DNA from: Octopus sinensis
Taxonomy: Eukaryota
DNA length: 64,000 nt
Direction: 5' to 3'
NCBI RefSeq assembly: GCF_006345805.1
Contig: NW_021832384.1
Span: 62,001-126,000, forward strand
The notes below the pieces were generated by a model that worked only from the letters and a program-made list of their open reading frames with translations, did not search any database and was not told the origin of the DNA. Positions 51,217 to 63,664 of this stretch are shown here, in pieces (positions within the stretch are counted from its first letter, which is position 1; each line of letters starts with the position of its first letter). Both the position numbers and the translations under genes were made by a program.

Positions 51217-51654
51217 GTTTGTTAGCTTCCTTTTATTTCTCCTTCTATCTCTACATCATGGCTTGTTACCAGTATTAACCCTTTAGTGTTCAGATTACTC
51301 TGTTAAATGTAATGCTTTATTATTTAAATTGTTTTGAATTAATCATGCATTACCTTATAGCTTTGAGGTTTCAATGATGTGATTGTTTATTTTTAGACTG
51401 TCAATGTAGGTTAGGTGTGAGAGGCTAGATATGGCCAGTTTGAATATAAAATATGTAGAATATATTGGGCCGGATTTGGCCAGTTTAAACACTAAAGGGT
51501 TAAGTGTGACTTGACTCTTTCAGCCATTATTTTCTTGTCTCTGTACCCCTTCTCTCTCTCCTTGACACTACAGCCATCAGTGTGGCTTTTCACAAATGTA
51601 AAGATAATTTCTGTCATTTATTATTTCTTTCCCTTCTTACATAATTATTAATTC

Positions 51655-52135
51655 ATCATCATCATCATCATCATCATTTAACGTCCACTTTCCATGCTAG
51701 CATGGGTTGAACGATTTGACTGAGGTCTGGCGAACCAGACTCCAATCTAATCTGGCAGAGTTTCTACAGCTGGATGCCCTTCCTAACGCCAACCACTCCG
51801 AGAGTGTAGTGGGTGCTTTTACGTGCCACCGGCACGAGGGCCAGTTTGGTGGTATTGGCAACGGCCACGTCCAAATGGTGCTTTTTACGTGCCGCCTGCA
51901 CAGGAGCCTGTCCAGCGGTACTGGCGACGACCTCGCTCGAATATTTCACATGCTAGTAAGGCAACGCGGTAACGATCACCCTCGAATGGTGTGCTTAACG
52001 TGCCACCGGCACGAAGGCCAGTTTGTTGCTCAGGCAACGATCTCACTCGTATGGTACTCTTAGCGCTCCACTAGCAACGGATGCCGGTCACCGAGTTTGA
52101 TTTTGATTTCACTTGCCTCAACTGGTCTTAATATT
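51655..52135 (-). mobile_element. RTE LINE 3' UTR, 5'-truncated, with (ATG)n tail
   Basis: Longest single copy. Others at about 187-410(+), 4390-4745(-), 14965-15330(+), 19785-20135(-), 22045-22330(-), 22985-23180(+), 23565-23890(+), 25050-25300(-), 26280-26560(+), 42785-43030(-), 63135-63510(-). They share GGCGTTAGGAAGGGCATCCAGC and end CATGCTAGCATGGAAAACGGACGTTAAATGATGATG. Confidence 0.75.
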
Positions 52136-52254
52136 TCATCCATCTTTCTATCCTGCTATCTGTTTGGCTTCTTTTCCTTCTTCATTCCTTTTTGTTGTTC
52201 AACTTTTAATACTTCATATCACTACCTTTCTTTTTCTCTGTGTCTATCTATGAG

Positions 52255-52621
52255 CAAAAGGCTACACCCCCCCTCCACCCATCCAATGGACGGTGCTGAG
52301 TTGTCAAACATTTAAACCAAATTTTCTCAAAACAACTTGCCTGACCGTCCCATAGGCCTCCCCTATGAGAAACATTGATTTAACCTAAATTTGAGACACC
52401 AGCAAAAGAAGAAATAAAGATAGACTTTTTTTCTATTCCAAAGAAAAATGGCTTTATCGATCGGATCCTCACCTGGAATTGATTTTTGTAATTTTTTCAA
52501 GACTTATACATGCCCTGATACTGTCGGTATCTACATATCAAATCTGAGCGCAATCGGATGGTGGATGCCTGAGATCCTAGAAGACACACACACAGACAGA
52601 CAATGGATTTTATATGATAGA
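52255..52621 (-). mobile_element. 5' part of a second Helitron-like non-autonomous family
   Basis: Minus strand A|TCTATCATATAAAATCC-(TGTC)n(TG)n... start; no CTAG 3' end seen. Confidence 0.4.
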
Positions 52622-54464
52622 TTTGCACATCTATTATATAGATATAAGGCACAGGAGTGGCTGTGTGGTAAGTAGCTTGCTTACCAACCACATGGTTCCG
52701 GGTTCAGTCCCACTGCGTGGCATCTTGGGCAAGTGTCTTCTGCTATAGCCTCGGGCCGACCATTGCCTTGTGAGTGGATTTGGTAGACGGAAACTGAAAG
52801 AAGCCTGTCGTATATATGTATATATTTATATGTATGTGTGCGTATATGTTTGTGTGTCTGTTTTTGTCCCTCTAGCATTGCTTGACAACCGATGCTGGTG
52901 TGTTTACGTCCCCGTCACTTAGCGGTTCGGCAAAAGAGACCGATAGAATAAGTACTGGGCATACAAAGAATAAGTCCCGGAGGTCGATTTACTCGACTAA
53001 AGGCGGTGCTCCAGCATGGCTGCAGTCAAATGACTGAAACAAGTAAAAGAGAGTAAGAGTATCTGTCTGTCAGTTGGTCTGTCTGTCTCTCATTCTCATT
53101 CATTCATTCATAATTAAGAAAGGATTTCCTACCTTTGATTGACTTGTATATCATTTACTTGTTTCAGTCATCAGCAATTTATGTATCATACTTAATGTAA
53201 AAACCTTGTTGAAAGACAAATTTGCTGCAGCATTCACTTGAAGATAGTATCTCATGTTTACTCTCTCTCTCTGTTACTCTTTTACTTGTTTCAGTCATTT
53301 GACTGCGGCCATGCTGGAGCACCGCCTTTAGTTGAGCAAATCGACCCCAAGACTTATACTTTGAAAGCCTAGTACTTATTCTATTGGTCTGTTTTGCCGA
53401 ACCGCTAAGTTACGGGGACATAAAGACACCAGCATCGGTTGTCAAGCGATGTTGGGGGGGGGACAAACCCAGACATACAAACATATACACACATATACAT
53501 ATACATAGACATACATACGCATGCAAGCAATCAAGCGAGCGAGTGAGTAAGCAAGCAAGCAAGCAAGCAAGGGTTTGGTTGGCCAGAGACTATAGTAGAA
53601 GACACTTGCTCAAGGTGCCATGCAGTGGGACTAAACCCGGAACTATGTGGTTGGCAAGCAAGCTACTTACCACACAGCCACTCCTATTTAAAAGCACAAT
53701 ACCAACCAGACAAAGACTTCTGGTTCTATGATGGAAACCTCATGTTTCAATGTGATCTAAATTGAAAAAAATTTCCACCAGAATTTTATGCTAATTTAAG
53801 TTTCAAATATCTGCTTAGTCTTGACAAAATTATATCACTAAATTCTTCATTACATGCTGTTTGGACAACTTTGAAAAAACTTATCTTCCGGCTATAATCT
53901 ATTTGATATATTTTAATTTTTATAAATGCTTTTATTCTCGGATGGGCTATTGCATTTCCTTATTCTTTTAAGCAAACTGTCAAATTTAGCCTAAACACCT
54001 TGTATTTCTAGTATTAATTGAAATACAGGTTAGAAACAAACAGTATAGTTTAATATATTTCTTTATTGCCCACAAGGGGCTAAACACAGAGGAGACAAAC
54101 AAGGACAGACAAACGAACTAAGTCGATTACATCGACCTCAGTGCATAACTGGCACTTAATTTATCGACCCTGAAAGGATGAAAGGCAAAGTCGACCTCGG
54201 CGGAATTTGAACTCAGAACGTAACGGCTATGCATTTTGCCTGGCTTGCTAATGGTTCTGCCAGCTATGATACCAAGAAGGTAAGAGGATGAACAAGAAAA
54301 AAAAAAACAAGTCCAGCAGTTTGTCTTTGACTAAATATTCTTGTTGGTTCTACAATTGATCCATCAGTTCTTTGTTTGCTATAGTGTAAAAGATAACTGT
54401 AATAATTATTCTATTGTAATAATGTTTCTCTTAGTTGAATAAGAATTTTTCGATTCCATTTCAG

Positions 54465-54562
54465 GCATCGTCCAGTTGTGATGGATCCTACCGTGTCTGG
54501 TCAATGTCTACTCATACCAGTTTGAAGACATGGAATGGTTTAGCACGATGCAGTGATGTGAG
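54465..54562 (+). CDS. WDHD1: WDHD1 coding exon 5
   Basis: tttcag|GCA... encodes ASSSCDGSYRVWSMSTHTSLKTWNGLARCSDV; donor AG|gtgagc. 98 nt, phase 0/2. Confidence 0.93.
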
Positions 54563-54835
54563 GTGAGCGTCTTCTACTGTTCTTACATTTTATATAACTC
54601 TTGGATCCACCAACTTATAGTTGTGTATCTTTTTTTTTATATTTAGACATAGGAGTAGCTGTTTGGTAAGTAGCTTGCTTCCCAACCACATGGTTCCGGG
54701 TTCAGTCCCACTGCATGGCACCTTGGGCAGGTGTCTTTTACCCTAGCCTTGGGCCGACCAAAGCCTTGTGAGTGGATTTGATAGACGGAAACTGAAAGAA
54801 GCCCGTCATATATATATATATTATATTTATATTTT

Positions 54836-55157
54836 TATATTTTATCTAGTTTCAGCTCACGAGCTGTGGCTATGCTGGGGCACCACCATTCAGTGTTGCT
54901 AAATGATTTTACTTCACGAATGCTTTTTAGCAATTGACATTTGGTGCATGAGAGAGTTTGATGCAGCTGCCCTCATCTACACCTCCTGCCGTGAAGTTGG
55001 TTCATCTGGGACACCTGACAGGAAGAGATCCAGTTTTATTTTAAAGACATCTGCATCCACCCCATGCAGGTCTCTCAGGTCCTTCTGGAGGATATTGAAG
55101 AGCTGTGGACCTCTGAAGTCCAGGCTATCACAGTATCTTGTCCTACATCTTGATGGC
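54836..55157 (-). mobile_element. CR1/L2-like LINE 3' end (RT C-terminus plus tail)
   Basis: RYCDSLDFRGPQLFNILQKDLRDLHGVDADVFKIKLDLFLSGVPDEP shows the FNxLP...FKxxLDxFL...PDxP pattern; A-rich tail. A tail-only copy lies at about 31240-31302. Confidence 0.75.
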
Positions 55158-55529
55158 AATATATATATATGTATGTATGTGCGTGTCTGTGTTTGTCACC
55201 CCCAACATCGTTTGACAACCGATGCTGGTGTGTTTATGTCCCTGTAACTTAGCGGTTCAGCAAAAGAAACCAATAGTATAAGTACTAGGCTTACAAAGAA
55301 TTTAAGTCCTGGGGTCGACTTGCTCGATTAAAGCCGGTGCTCCAGCATGGCCACTGTCAAATGACTGAAACAAGTAAAAGAGTAAAAGAATGTATAATGA
55401 AAATAATGATGGTGCTTATGGTTCTTTATTTGTTGATGATACATTTGGAATTTATTGAATTTATCAAATGCATATATATTTTATGGATGCTAATTTATTC
55501 CTATTTTCTTCTCCTGCTCCTCTTTGCAG

Positions 55530-55575
55530 CTTGGCGAAATCTCTTTGCCGTTTATGCTGGGATCCTCTTGGAGAG
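55530..55575 (+). CDS. WDHD1: WDHD1 coding exon 6
   Basis: ttgcag|C TTG... encodes (S)LAKSLCRLCWDPLGE; donor |gtaagt. 46 nt, phase 2/0. Confidence 0.9.
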
Positions 55576-55799
55576 GTAAGTTTCTCTGACACGTAATAAT
55601 ACAAACAGTATGTCTGCATGTGAAGATGTTGTTGTGCAACTGCAATACACACAGTAGTGGCTGTGTGCTAAGTAGCTTGCTTCCCAACCACATGGTTCCA
55701 GGGTTCCAGGTTCATGTGGCACCTTGGGCAAGTGTCTTCTGTTATAGCCTTGGATTTGGTAGATGGAAACTGTAACAAGTCCATCTTATATATATATAG

Positions 55800-56154
55800 A
55801 TGAGTGTATTTTTACCTTGTTAACAATTAACACAGAAAAAATTAATAAATAGTTACCAGGGTAGCAAAAATCTCACAAGTAAAGATGTTGTAACTCCTTG
55901 TTTATAAAGGTAGAAACTTCGTGTTTACGTTGAATATTTTGAATATTATATGAATAAATAAATGGAGTTAACGCAGGTGTAATCAAATATTTTTACTTTC
56001 GACACATGTTTCGAAAATTCCACTGATACTATTCAAAAGAATAAATGGTATAAACAATGCAGTCTTCTCCTCAGGAAAGTGAAAAAAGCGAAACTTGTCA
56101 ATAAGACATTTTAGCAAAAAATGATGGATTTGTATAGCGATAGACAGAACGCTA
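55800..56154 (-). mobile_element. Penelope-like pLTR remnant between (TA)n tracts
   Basis: Contains the 55995-56080 motif and sits at the (TA)n linker of a SINE head. Confidence 0.5.
55995..56080 (-). ncRNA. Type I hammerhead motif with extended stem II
   Basis: ACTTTC-CTGAGGA-GAAGA...TTTTC-GAAAC-ATGT-GTC-GAAAGT: full core, G-C closing pair, GUC triplet, 6-bp stem I, ACATGT palindrome in stem III. Confidence 0.75.
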
Positions 56155-56158
56155 TATG

Positions 56159-56195
<37 letters not shown>

Positions 56196-57109
56196 CAGAT
56201 AAGGAAATCATTTTATTCTCAAACACAAGATAATTCTAATAATATAGCATGAACAGGATAAACTACCCATATTTTGCAGAAAAATCTGAAAGATACAGAT
56301 AAGGAAAATAATTTTATTCTCAGCCATGAGACTTGAACTCACATATATTTTTGCAGTGGACTGCAAGCGAACAATAGTTGGTGAAGCCATTGTTTAAGAT
56401 TAGCAAACTAATACACTTGTAGAAAGGAAAATCTACTCTCTCTCTCACACATACACACACAAACATGCACATACACTATGGGCTTCTTTCAGTTTCTGTC
56501 TACTAAATCTGCTAACTAGGTTTTGGTCAGCTGATGGTTACAGTAGGGGATACTTATCTGAGGTATCACATAGTGGGGACTGAACCCGAAATCACATGGT
56601 TGGGCGATTAACTTGTTTACCACATAGCCAAGCCCAACTAAATATACAATTAAATAATTAGCAGTAATAAACATACCAACAAAACGCTTATTTAATGAGA
56701 TGATTGATGCTGTTGCTGTTGAGTGAAGCGGTCTTCGTCCTTGTGGGAGAAGTCCGAAACGTGGTCCTTTGCTATTCGTAAGACCCGCAGAAGAGAAAGA
56801 AGGTCAACCCCCGACACCGAGAGCATAGACGGATGGATGAATGCACATCCAGTCTCAGCGGTTGTGTAGGAAGTCGGGGTGATGCTGCTGCTTTTGGGCA
56901 CTGTATTCTGAATTTTTGGTTCAGTGGAAGACAATTTTAAGTGTGAATCATGTTTTAAAAGAATGTCTAGAAAATATTAGAATATTCCTGTAGACTTTGA
57001 AACTATTTGAAATTTTGTGTTTATTTAACAGAAAATGATTTTTTTTTTCAATTTACACTTTTTTCATATTTTTCTGTTTAAAAACAAAAATTCTGTTTTT
57101 CATTTGTAG

Positions 57110-57202
57110 AATCTCTTGGTTCCTGTTGAAAAGGAAATTATTGTTTATGATACGAAGACCTGGAATAAAACAGCAGCTTTAACTGATGCAAAGATAAAAG
57201 AC
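57110..57202 (+). CDS. WDHD1: WDHD1 coding exon 7
   Basis: ttgtag|AAT... encodes NLLVPVEKEIIVYDTKTWNKTAALTDAKIKD; donor |gtaagg. 93 nt, phase 0/0. Confidence 0.9.
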
Positions 57203-59371
57203 GTAAGGAATTTATTGTTATTATCCTCCTTATCATAATAATAATAATAATAATAATAATCATCATCATCATCGTTATCAATAGTTTCATCACTAAATAT
57301 CGTAATTTAATGCCCATGTTTCATGCCAGCATGTTTGGATGGTTTGACGAGGATCCTCTGTGTCCAAGGACTGCATCACACTCTAATATCTGCTTTGGCA
57401 TGGCTTCTATGGCTGGATGCCTTTCCTAACACCAACCAATTTACAGTATGTACTGGGTGGGTTTTTTTTCATACATATTTCTTTACTACCCACAAGGGGC
57501 TAAACACAGAGAGGACAAACAAGGACAGACAAACGGATTAAGTCGATTATATCGACCCCAGTGCGTAACTGGTACTTATTTAATCGATCCCGAAAGGATG
57601 AAAGGCAAAGTCGACCTCGGCGGAATTTGAACTCAGAACATAGTGGCAGACGATATACCACAAAGCATTTTGCCTAGCGTGCTAACGTTTCTGCCAGCTC
57701 ACCACCTTTTTTTTTCATGCCACCATCACTGACAAGGCTATCATGCAGTTTGCAAGACTATGAACTCTGGAAAGGGGAACAGCTTTATACTAGGAGATGA
57801 GGGGTAAAAGACAAGTACACATATGAGACAAAGGGCCAGAGCTGAACAGGTTTCTTGCTGCAGAGAGAATCCATGACAACTTACACCTTAGTAGAAAGGG
57901 CAGAAGTGATAGTGTAGAGAGAACAACGGGGTTGGATTTTTGTTATTTATTGGTGTCTCATTTCACTCTTGGTTGAACTGCTCTATGAACAAGTATATTC
58001 CATCTGTGACCATCCTGTCATTTCATTTTCGTTTTTGTTCTGGAATACTGCATCTAAGTCTTTTGCCACTCACACCTCTTTAATCGCTCTTCTTTTGCAA
58101 TATCCTGTCACTTAAATTATGGCATTTGAACCTCGGAGGTATACCCTGGCACTTGCCACTATTTATATCTCTCTCTTCCTTTACTCAACCATCTCATTTA
58201 TACTCTGATCCCCGTTCCTTGTGAGTATGCCTGGCATTTTGCCATCATCTTCATCCTGCGGTCTCCCACTCACTCTCTTTTTCTCCTCCACTTCCCTCAG
58301 GTTGAACAACCGTGTATTTTCTTAGCTGTAGCACACCTGTTTTTGTCTTCATTCCCGATCTTTCTCTCTCCAACCGGGTAACCTTGTACTTCCTCTACAG
58401 CAAGACACCTATATTTGTCTCACTATAACCTTTTCATCATCACCTCCTCCAATGCTTCTTCCCCTCTGAAAAGTTTTGTCTTGCAAGTACTTGGTGACCC
58501 TGTTAGTGCAGGTGCCACTTAAAAGCACCCAGTCCACTGTAAAGTGGTTGGTTTTAGGAAGGGCATCCAGCTGTAAAAACCTTGCCAAATCTGACCTTGC
58601 CTGTGCTTGTGTCATGTAAAAAGCACTAAGTCCACTCTGCTGAGTGGTTGGTGTTAGGAAGAGCATCCAGCTGTACAAATCCTGCCAAAACAGTCACAAG
58701 TCTGGTGCAGGCTTCGGCCTGGTTGGCTTTTGTGGTACCATCCCACCCATGCTAGCATGGAACACGGATATTAAATGATGATGATGATGATAGAAGGTGG
58801 TAGGCTGGCAGAATCTTTACAATCTGAGTTCAAATTCTACTGAGGTTGACTTTGCCTTTCATCCTTTCGAGGTTGCTGAAATAAGTAGCAGTTGGGCACT
58901 GGGGTCAGTGTAATTGCCTATCCCCTTTCAAAATTTCATAGTTTTTTTACTTATAAGAGAAAGGATTATTTAGGGGTTTTGTGATAAATGCCCAGACCAG
59001 GTGGTGCAATTTCAGAATTGTTGGCATATTGGACAAAACACTTTGAGGCATTTCACTTGCCTTTATATTCTGAGCTCAAATTCTGCCATGGTCAATTTTG
59101 TCCTTTTGGGGTCAATAGAATAAGTAGCAGTCAAACACTGGGGTCAGTGTAATTGACTTGCCCCTTCCCTCAAAATTGCTGGCTTTGTGCCTCTAATAGG
59201 CATTGGAGTGGCTGTGTGGTAAGTAGCTTGCTTACAACCGCATGGTTCTGGGTTCAGTCCCACTGCGTGGCACCTTGGGCAAGTGTCTTCAACTATAGCG
59301 TTGGGCCAACCAAAGCCTTGTGAGTGGATTTGGTATATGGAAACTGAAAGAAGCCCGTTGTATATATATAT

Positions 59372-59580
59372 ATTGTTGTATTTAGGAATGGTCATTTTGC
59401 CAGTTTAGCCAATAAAACCACATGCACTATATAATTGGTGTTACTTTGCTTCTGCGTTATTCATTTTTTTACGTTAATCTTATTTCGGCCAGAGTTCTTT
59501 CGTCACACTCCTGTGACCTCATCAGTGGTCCTTTGAGACACACAAATAAGAAAGAAGAAAGCAACACTTATACTTTTCTT
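59372..59580 (-). mobile_element. Penelope-like pLTR remnant; a second, truncated copy lies at 24878-24998 (+)
   Basis: 59372-59490 is the reverse complement of 24878-24998 (ttattggctaaactggc... shared). Both adjoin (TA)n. Confidence 0.5.
59487..59530 (-). ncRNA. Degenerate type I hammerhead motif
   Basis: GACCA-CTGATGA-G-GTCACA/GGAG/TGTGAC-GAAAG-AA-CTC-TGGCC: 6-bp stem II, one extra G, one mismatch in stem I. Confidence 0.6.
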
Positions 59581-59732
59581 TTATTCTTTCATTCTTTTAC
59601 TTGTTTTAGTCATTTGAATGCTGCCATGCTGGAGCACTGCCTTTAGTCGAAGAAATCGACCCCAGGGCTTATTCTTTGTAAGCCTAGTACTTATTCTGTT
59701 GGCCTTATTTATTTATTTTATTTTTGTTCCAG

Positions 59733-59839
59733 ACCATTTCCATTTTGATGTTCTCCAGCTGTCAGAAGTATTTGGCGGCATCATGTTTCGATGGTCTCTT
59801 GCTAATTTTTGACTGGAGCAAAAGACTTTGCATACAGAG
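59733..59839 (+). CDS. WDHD1: WDHD1 coding exon 8
   Basis: ttccag|ACC... encodes TISILMFSSCQKYLAASCFDGLLLIFDWSKRLCIQ; donor AG|gtaagt. 107 nt, phase 0/2. Confidence 0.9.
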
Positions 59840-62529
59840 GTAAGTGAGGAATGTGGTGAGTTTGTTGTTTTTTAAAACTTTTTCTTTGGTGTTTCAGCTT
59901 TGATTGAGCAGACTTAGAATGAAAAGTATTCCAGTCATGACCATCCCACCTCCTTTCCCTGTGTTCTGGGTACTGAAGGCCATATTATTCATCATTTTCT
60001 TTCTTTTTTTTTAAATACGGTTGTGTGTGATTTGAGGGAGATTTGGCTGCTATTTCTAGCTGGTTAAGCCCTTCTGTTTGTTGTATGTTATAGCAGATCT
60101 GAAGATTGAGATAGACTATTTTCTCTCGTGGTATAATTCTGCTTAGTAAAATATTATAAATAATTAATTATAATTATATATAAATATCTATATATATATC
60201 AGTCATTTGACTGTGGCTGTGCTGGAGCACCGCCTTTAGTCGAGCAAATCGACTCCAGGACTTTTTCTTTGTAAGCCCAGTACTTATTCTATCGGTCTCT
60301 TTTGCCGAACCGCTAAGTTACAGGGGCATAAACACACCAGCATCGGTTGTCAAGCGATGTTGGGGGGACAAACACAGACACAAACATACACACATGTACA
60401 TATATACGACAGGCTTCTTTCAGTTTCCGTCTACCAGATCCACTCACATGGTTTTGGTCAGCCCGAGGCTATAGTAGAAGACACTTGCCAAAGGTGCCAC
60501 GCAGTGGAGCTAAACCTGGAATCATGTGGTTGGTAAGCAAGCTACTAACCACACAGCCACTCCTATGCCTATATATATGTGTTTGTGTGTATGTCTGTGT
60601 TTGTCCTCTCATCTCCACTTGACAATTGGTGTTGGTATGTTTAAGTCCTTGTAACTTAGTGGTTTGGCAAAAGAGACCGATAGAATAAGTACTGGGCTTA
60701 AAAAAGAGGTACTGGGGTCAATTCAACTAAAAATTCAAGGCAGTGCCTCAGCATGGTCACAGTCTAATGACTGAAACAGGTAATAGATAAAAGATATTAT
60801 TATAATTGGAGGCCCATGGCTTAGTGGTTGGGGTGTTGGACTCATGATTACAAGATTGTGGTTTTGATTCCTGGAGTGGGCAATGAGTTGTGTTCTTGAG
60901 CTAAATACTTCATTTCACATTGTTCCAGTCGGTATGGTCAGTAAAAATGAGTAATCCTGTGACAGACCATGTCTTGTTGTGGGAGGCATGTATATACTAG
61001 AGAAACCAGGAAACCAACCCAGCCTTATGCTCTTTATGGAGTGTGGGGCTGGGTTGGACTAACCATGATATTGTAATTTATGTGGTTGACCAAAGACTTG
61101 TGAGTAGGAGTGGATTTGGTTGAGGGGAAACTGAAAAAGGCTTTTTGAGTGTGTGCTTGGAGGTGTACATTGTGTGTGTCTCTTTATGTTCTTGTGACGT
61201 GATAGTTGTAAATGAGCATCACTGTCATATAAGTGGTGTCCTTCATGTCTGATGTTCCATAAAAACATATCCAGTGATAGGGGAAAACTATTACCTTGCC
61301 AGTGCTATGTATCATGTATTTGGTACATTCTGTAAAGTGGTTGGCATTAGGAAGGGCATTCAGCCATAGAAACCGTGCCAAAACAGACAATTTGAGCCTG
61401 GAGTAGCTCTCTTGGCTAGCCAGCTCCTGTCAAAACTGTCCAACCCATGCCAGGACGGAAAACAGATGTTGATGAGGATGGTAACAAGATATTCATAAGG
61501 TGGCGAGCTGGCAGAAGCGTTAGCACGCTGGGCGAAACGCGTAGCCGTATTTCGTCTGCCATTATGTTCTGAGTTCAAATTCCGCCGAGGTCAACTTTGC
61601 CTTTCATCCTTTCGGGGTTGATAAATCAAGTACCTAGTTACGCACTGGGGTCAATGTAATTGACTTAATCCGTGTGTCTGTCCTTGTTTGTTCACTCTGT
61701 GTGTAGCCCCTTGTGGGCAGTTAAGAAATAGGTAACAGGATATTCATGTGGCAGTAGAAAATTCTGTCTGATCCATGCCAACATGAAAAAGAAAGCATTA
61801 AAATATTGATGATGTAAACTGACAATAGACAGAATTATCTCCTCATATTAACAGATTAACTGAAACTATTTTTTATATCTAGAGAGAGAGACATTATAAT
61901 CCAATTCTTAGTATTTTATTATATTTGAAAATTACCCTTTAGATATTATACAAAGAGCCTGTATTTATTAACTCGTAACTTTGGATTAATGGAAAATATT
62001 ATTGATAGAGACTCATTATAATTAATGCTATTGTATTTTGTTCTTTGTGAAATATTAAAGATTAAAGATTACATTAATCCTTTTGAGTAATTCTGCTGCA
62101 ATGTGGTAACAATTTCCTAAGCCAGAAGGAGACTAAAATATTTCTATATTCTCTGATATAGTTTCTTCTTGTTTGTTGTTGTTGTGGTTGTTGTTGTTAC
62201 ACAATCCCATGCATCCACATCAGAAGTTGCTGGAAAAAATAGGTGTGATTGGCTGATGAAAGGAATACTAAAAAAAGAAAACCAAGAGCACTATACTGGC
62301 AGCACAAGACCAAGCTTTGGCCATGGACTGGAGGGTCATCTTGGGAATAAGCAAGTGTGTCTCTGCTATGCTGCATCTGCAATAGAGTGGATGAAACCAT
62401 TGCCCATATCATGAATGAATGCCCTAGCCTTGCCCCAAAACCACTACAAGTTGTAGCGACCTGATCAGATAGTGAAAGTGCTACATTGGAAACTGGGCGA
62501 AAGTGTGGGCTAGAGAGAGGAAGGTGTGG

Positions 62530-62762
62530 TATGAGCTGGCAGAAACGTTAGCACGCCGGGCGAAATGCGTAGCCGTATTTTGTCTGCCGTTACGTTCTGA
62601 GTTCAAATTCCGCCGAGGTCGACTTTGCCTTTCATCCTTTCGGGGTCAATTAAATAAGTACCAGTTATGCACTGGGGTCGATATAATCGACTTAATCCAT
62701 TTGTCTGTCCTTGTTTGTCCTCTCTGTGTTTAGCCCCTTGTGGGTAGTAAAGAAATAGGTAT
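62530..62762 (+). mobile_element. tRNA-headed SINE family B with Nin-like core (representative)
   Basis: Core GTCGACTTTGCCTTTCATCCTTTCGGGGTC...AAGTACCAG. Copies at about 660-885, 26656-26880, 28800-30665 (chain), 32585-32825, 38700-38990, 48830-49065, 54065-54265, 57475-57705, 61500-61735. Confidence 0.8.
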
Positions 62763-63585
62763 GAGCACAAACTGCAGAGAGTGGCAGTCAGAGACTAGCA
62801 AAATCCTCTGGGATTTTGTTCCCTATCTCAGATACCAGGAAATTCAAAAAATAGTGCTCATGGGAACTGCTTGTATCCTAAGAAAAATATTGTCACTGTG
62901 GTGGTGGTGGTGGTAGTGTTTGTTGTTGTTGTTGTTTTGCATTTTAGCACAAGGCTAGTAATTTTGAGGTAGGAGTAAGTTGTGTACATCAACACCAGTG
63001 TTCAACTGATACTTATTTCATGGTCTCCGTAAGGATGAAAGGCATAATCAGAGGCGGAATTTGAACTCAGAATGAAAAAATAGATAAAATGCCACAAATA
63101 CTTTGACCTAGCATGCTAATAATAATAATAATAATAATCATCATCATCATCGTTTAACGTCCGCTTTCCATGCTAGCATGGGTTGGACGGTTCAACTGGG
63201 GTCTGGGAAGCCGAAGGCTGCACCAGGCCAGTCAGATCTGGCAGTGTTTCTACAGCTGGATGCCCTTCCTAACACCAACCACTCCGAGAGTGTAGTGGGT
63301 GATTTTATGTGCCACTGACACAGGTGCCAGATGAGGTTGGCGAACGGCCACGCTCGGATGGTGTTTTTTATGTGCCACCGACACAGGTGTCAGACGAGGC
63401 TGGTGAATGGCCACTCTCGTATGGTGTTTTTTATGTGCCACCGACACAGGTGCCAGATGAGGCTGGCGAACGGCCACGCTCGGATGGTGTTTTTTATGTG
63501 CCACCGACACAATAATAATAATAATAGTAATAATAATAATAATGATAATAATAGTGATGCTTTTTTGTTGTTTTTGTTTTTACAG

Positions 63586-63664
63586 TTATAAACATGAGAA
63601 GACCTTCACAGCTATTTGCTGGAATCCAATAAAGAGCAGTGAAATTATTTTCACTGATAACGAG
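63586..63664 (+). CDS. WDHD1: WDHD1 coding exon 9 (gene continues beyond the window)
   Basis: ttacag|T TAT... encodes (S)YKHEKTFTAICWNPIKSSEIIFTDNE; donor |gtaaaa. 79 nt, phase 2/0. Confidence 0.88.
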
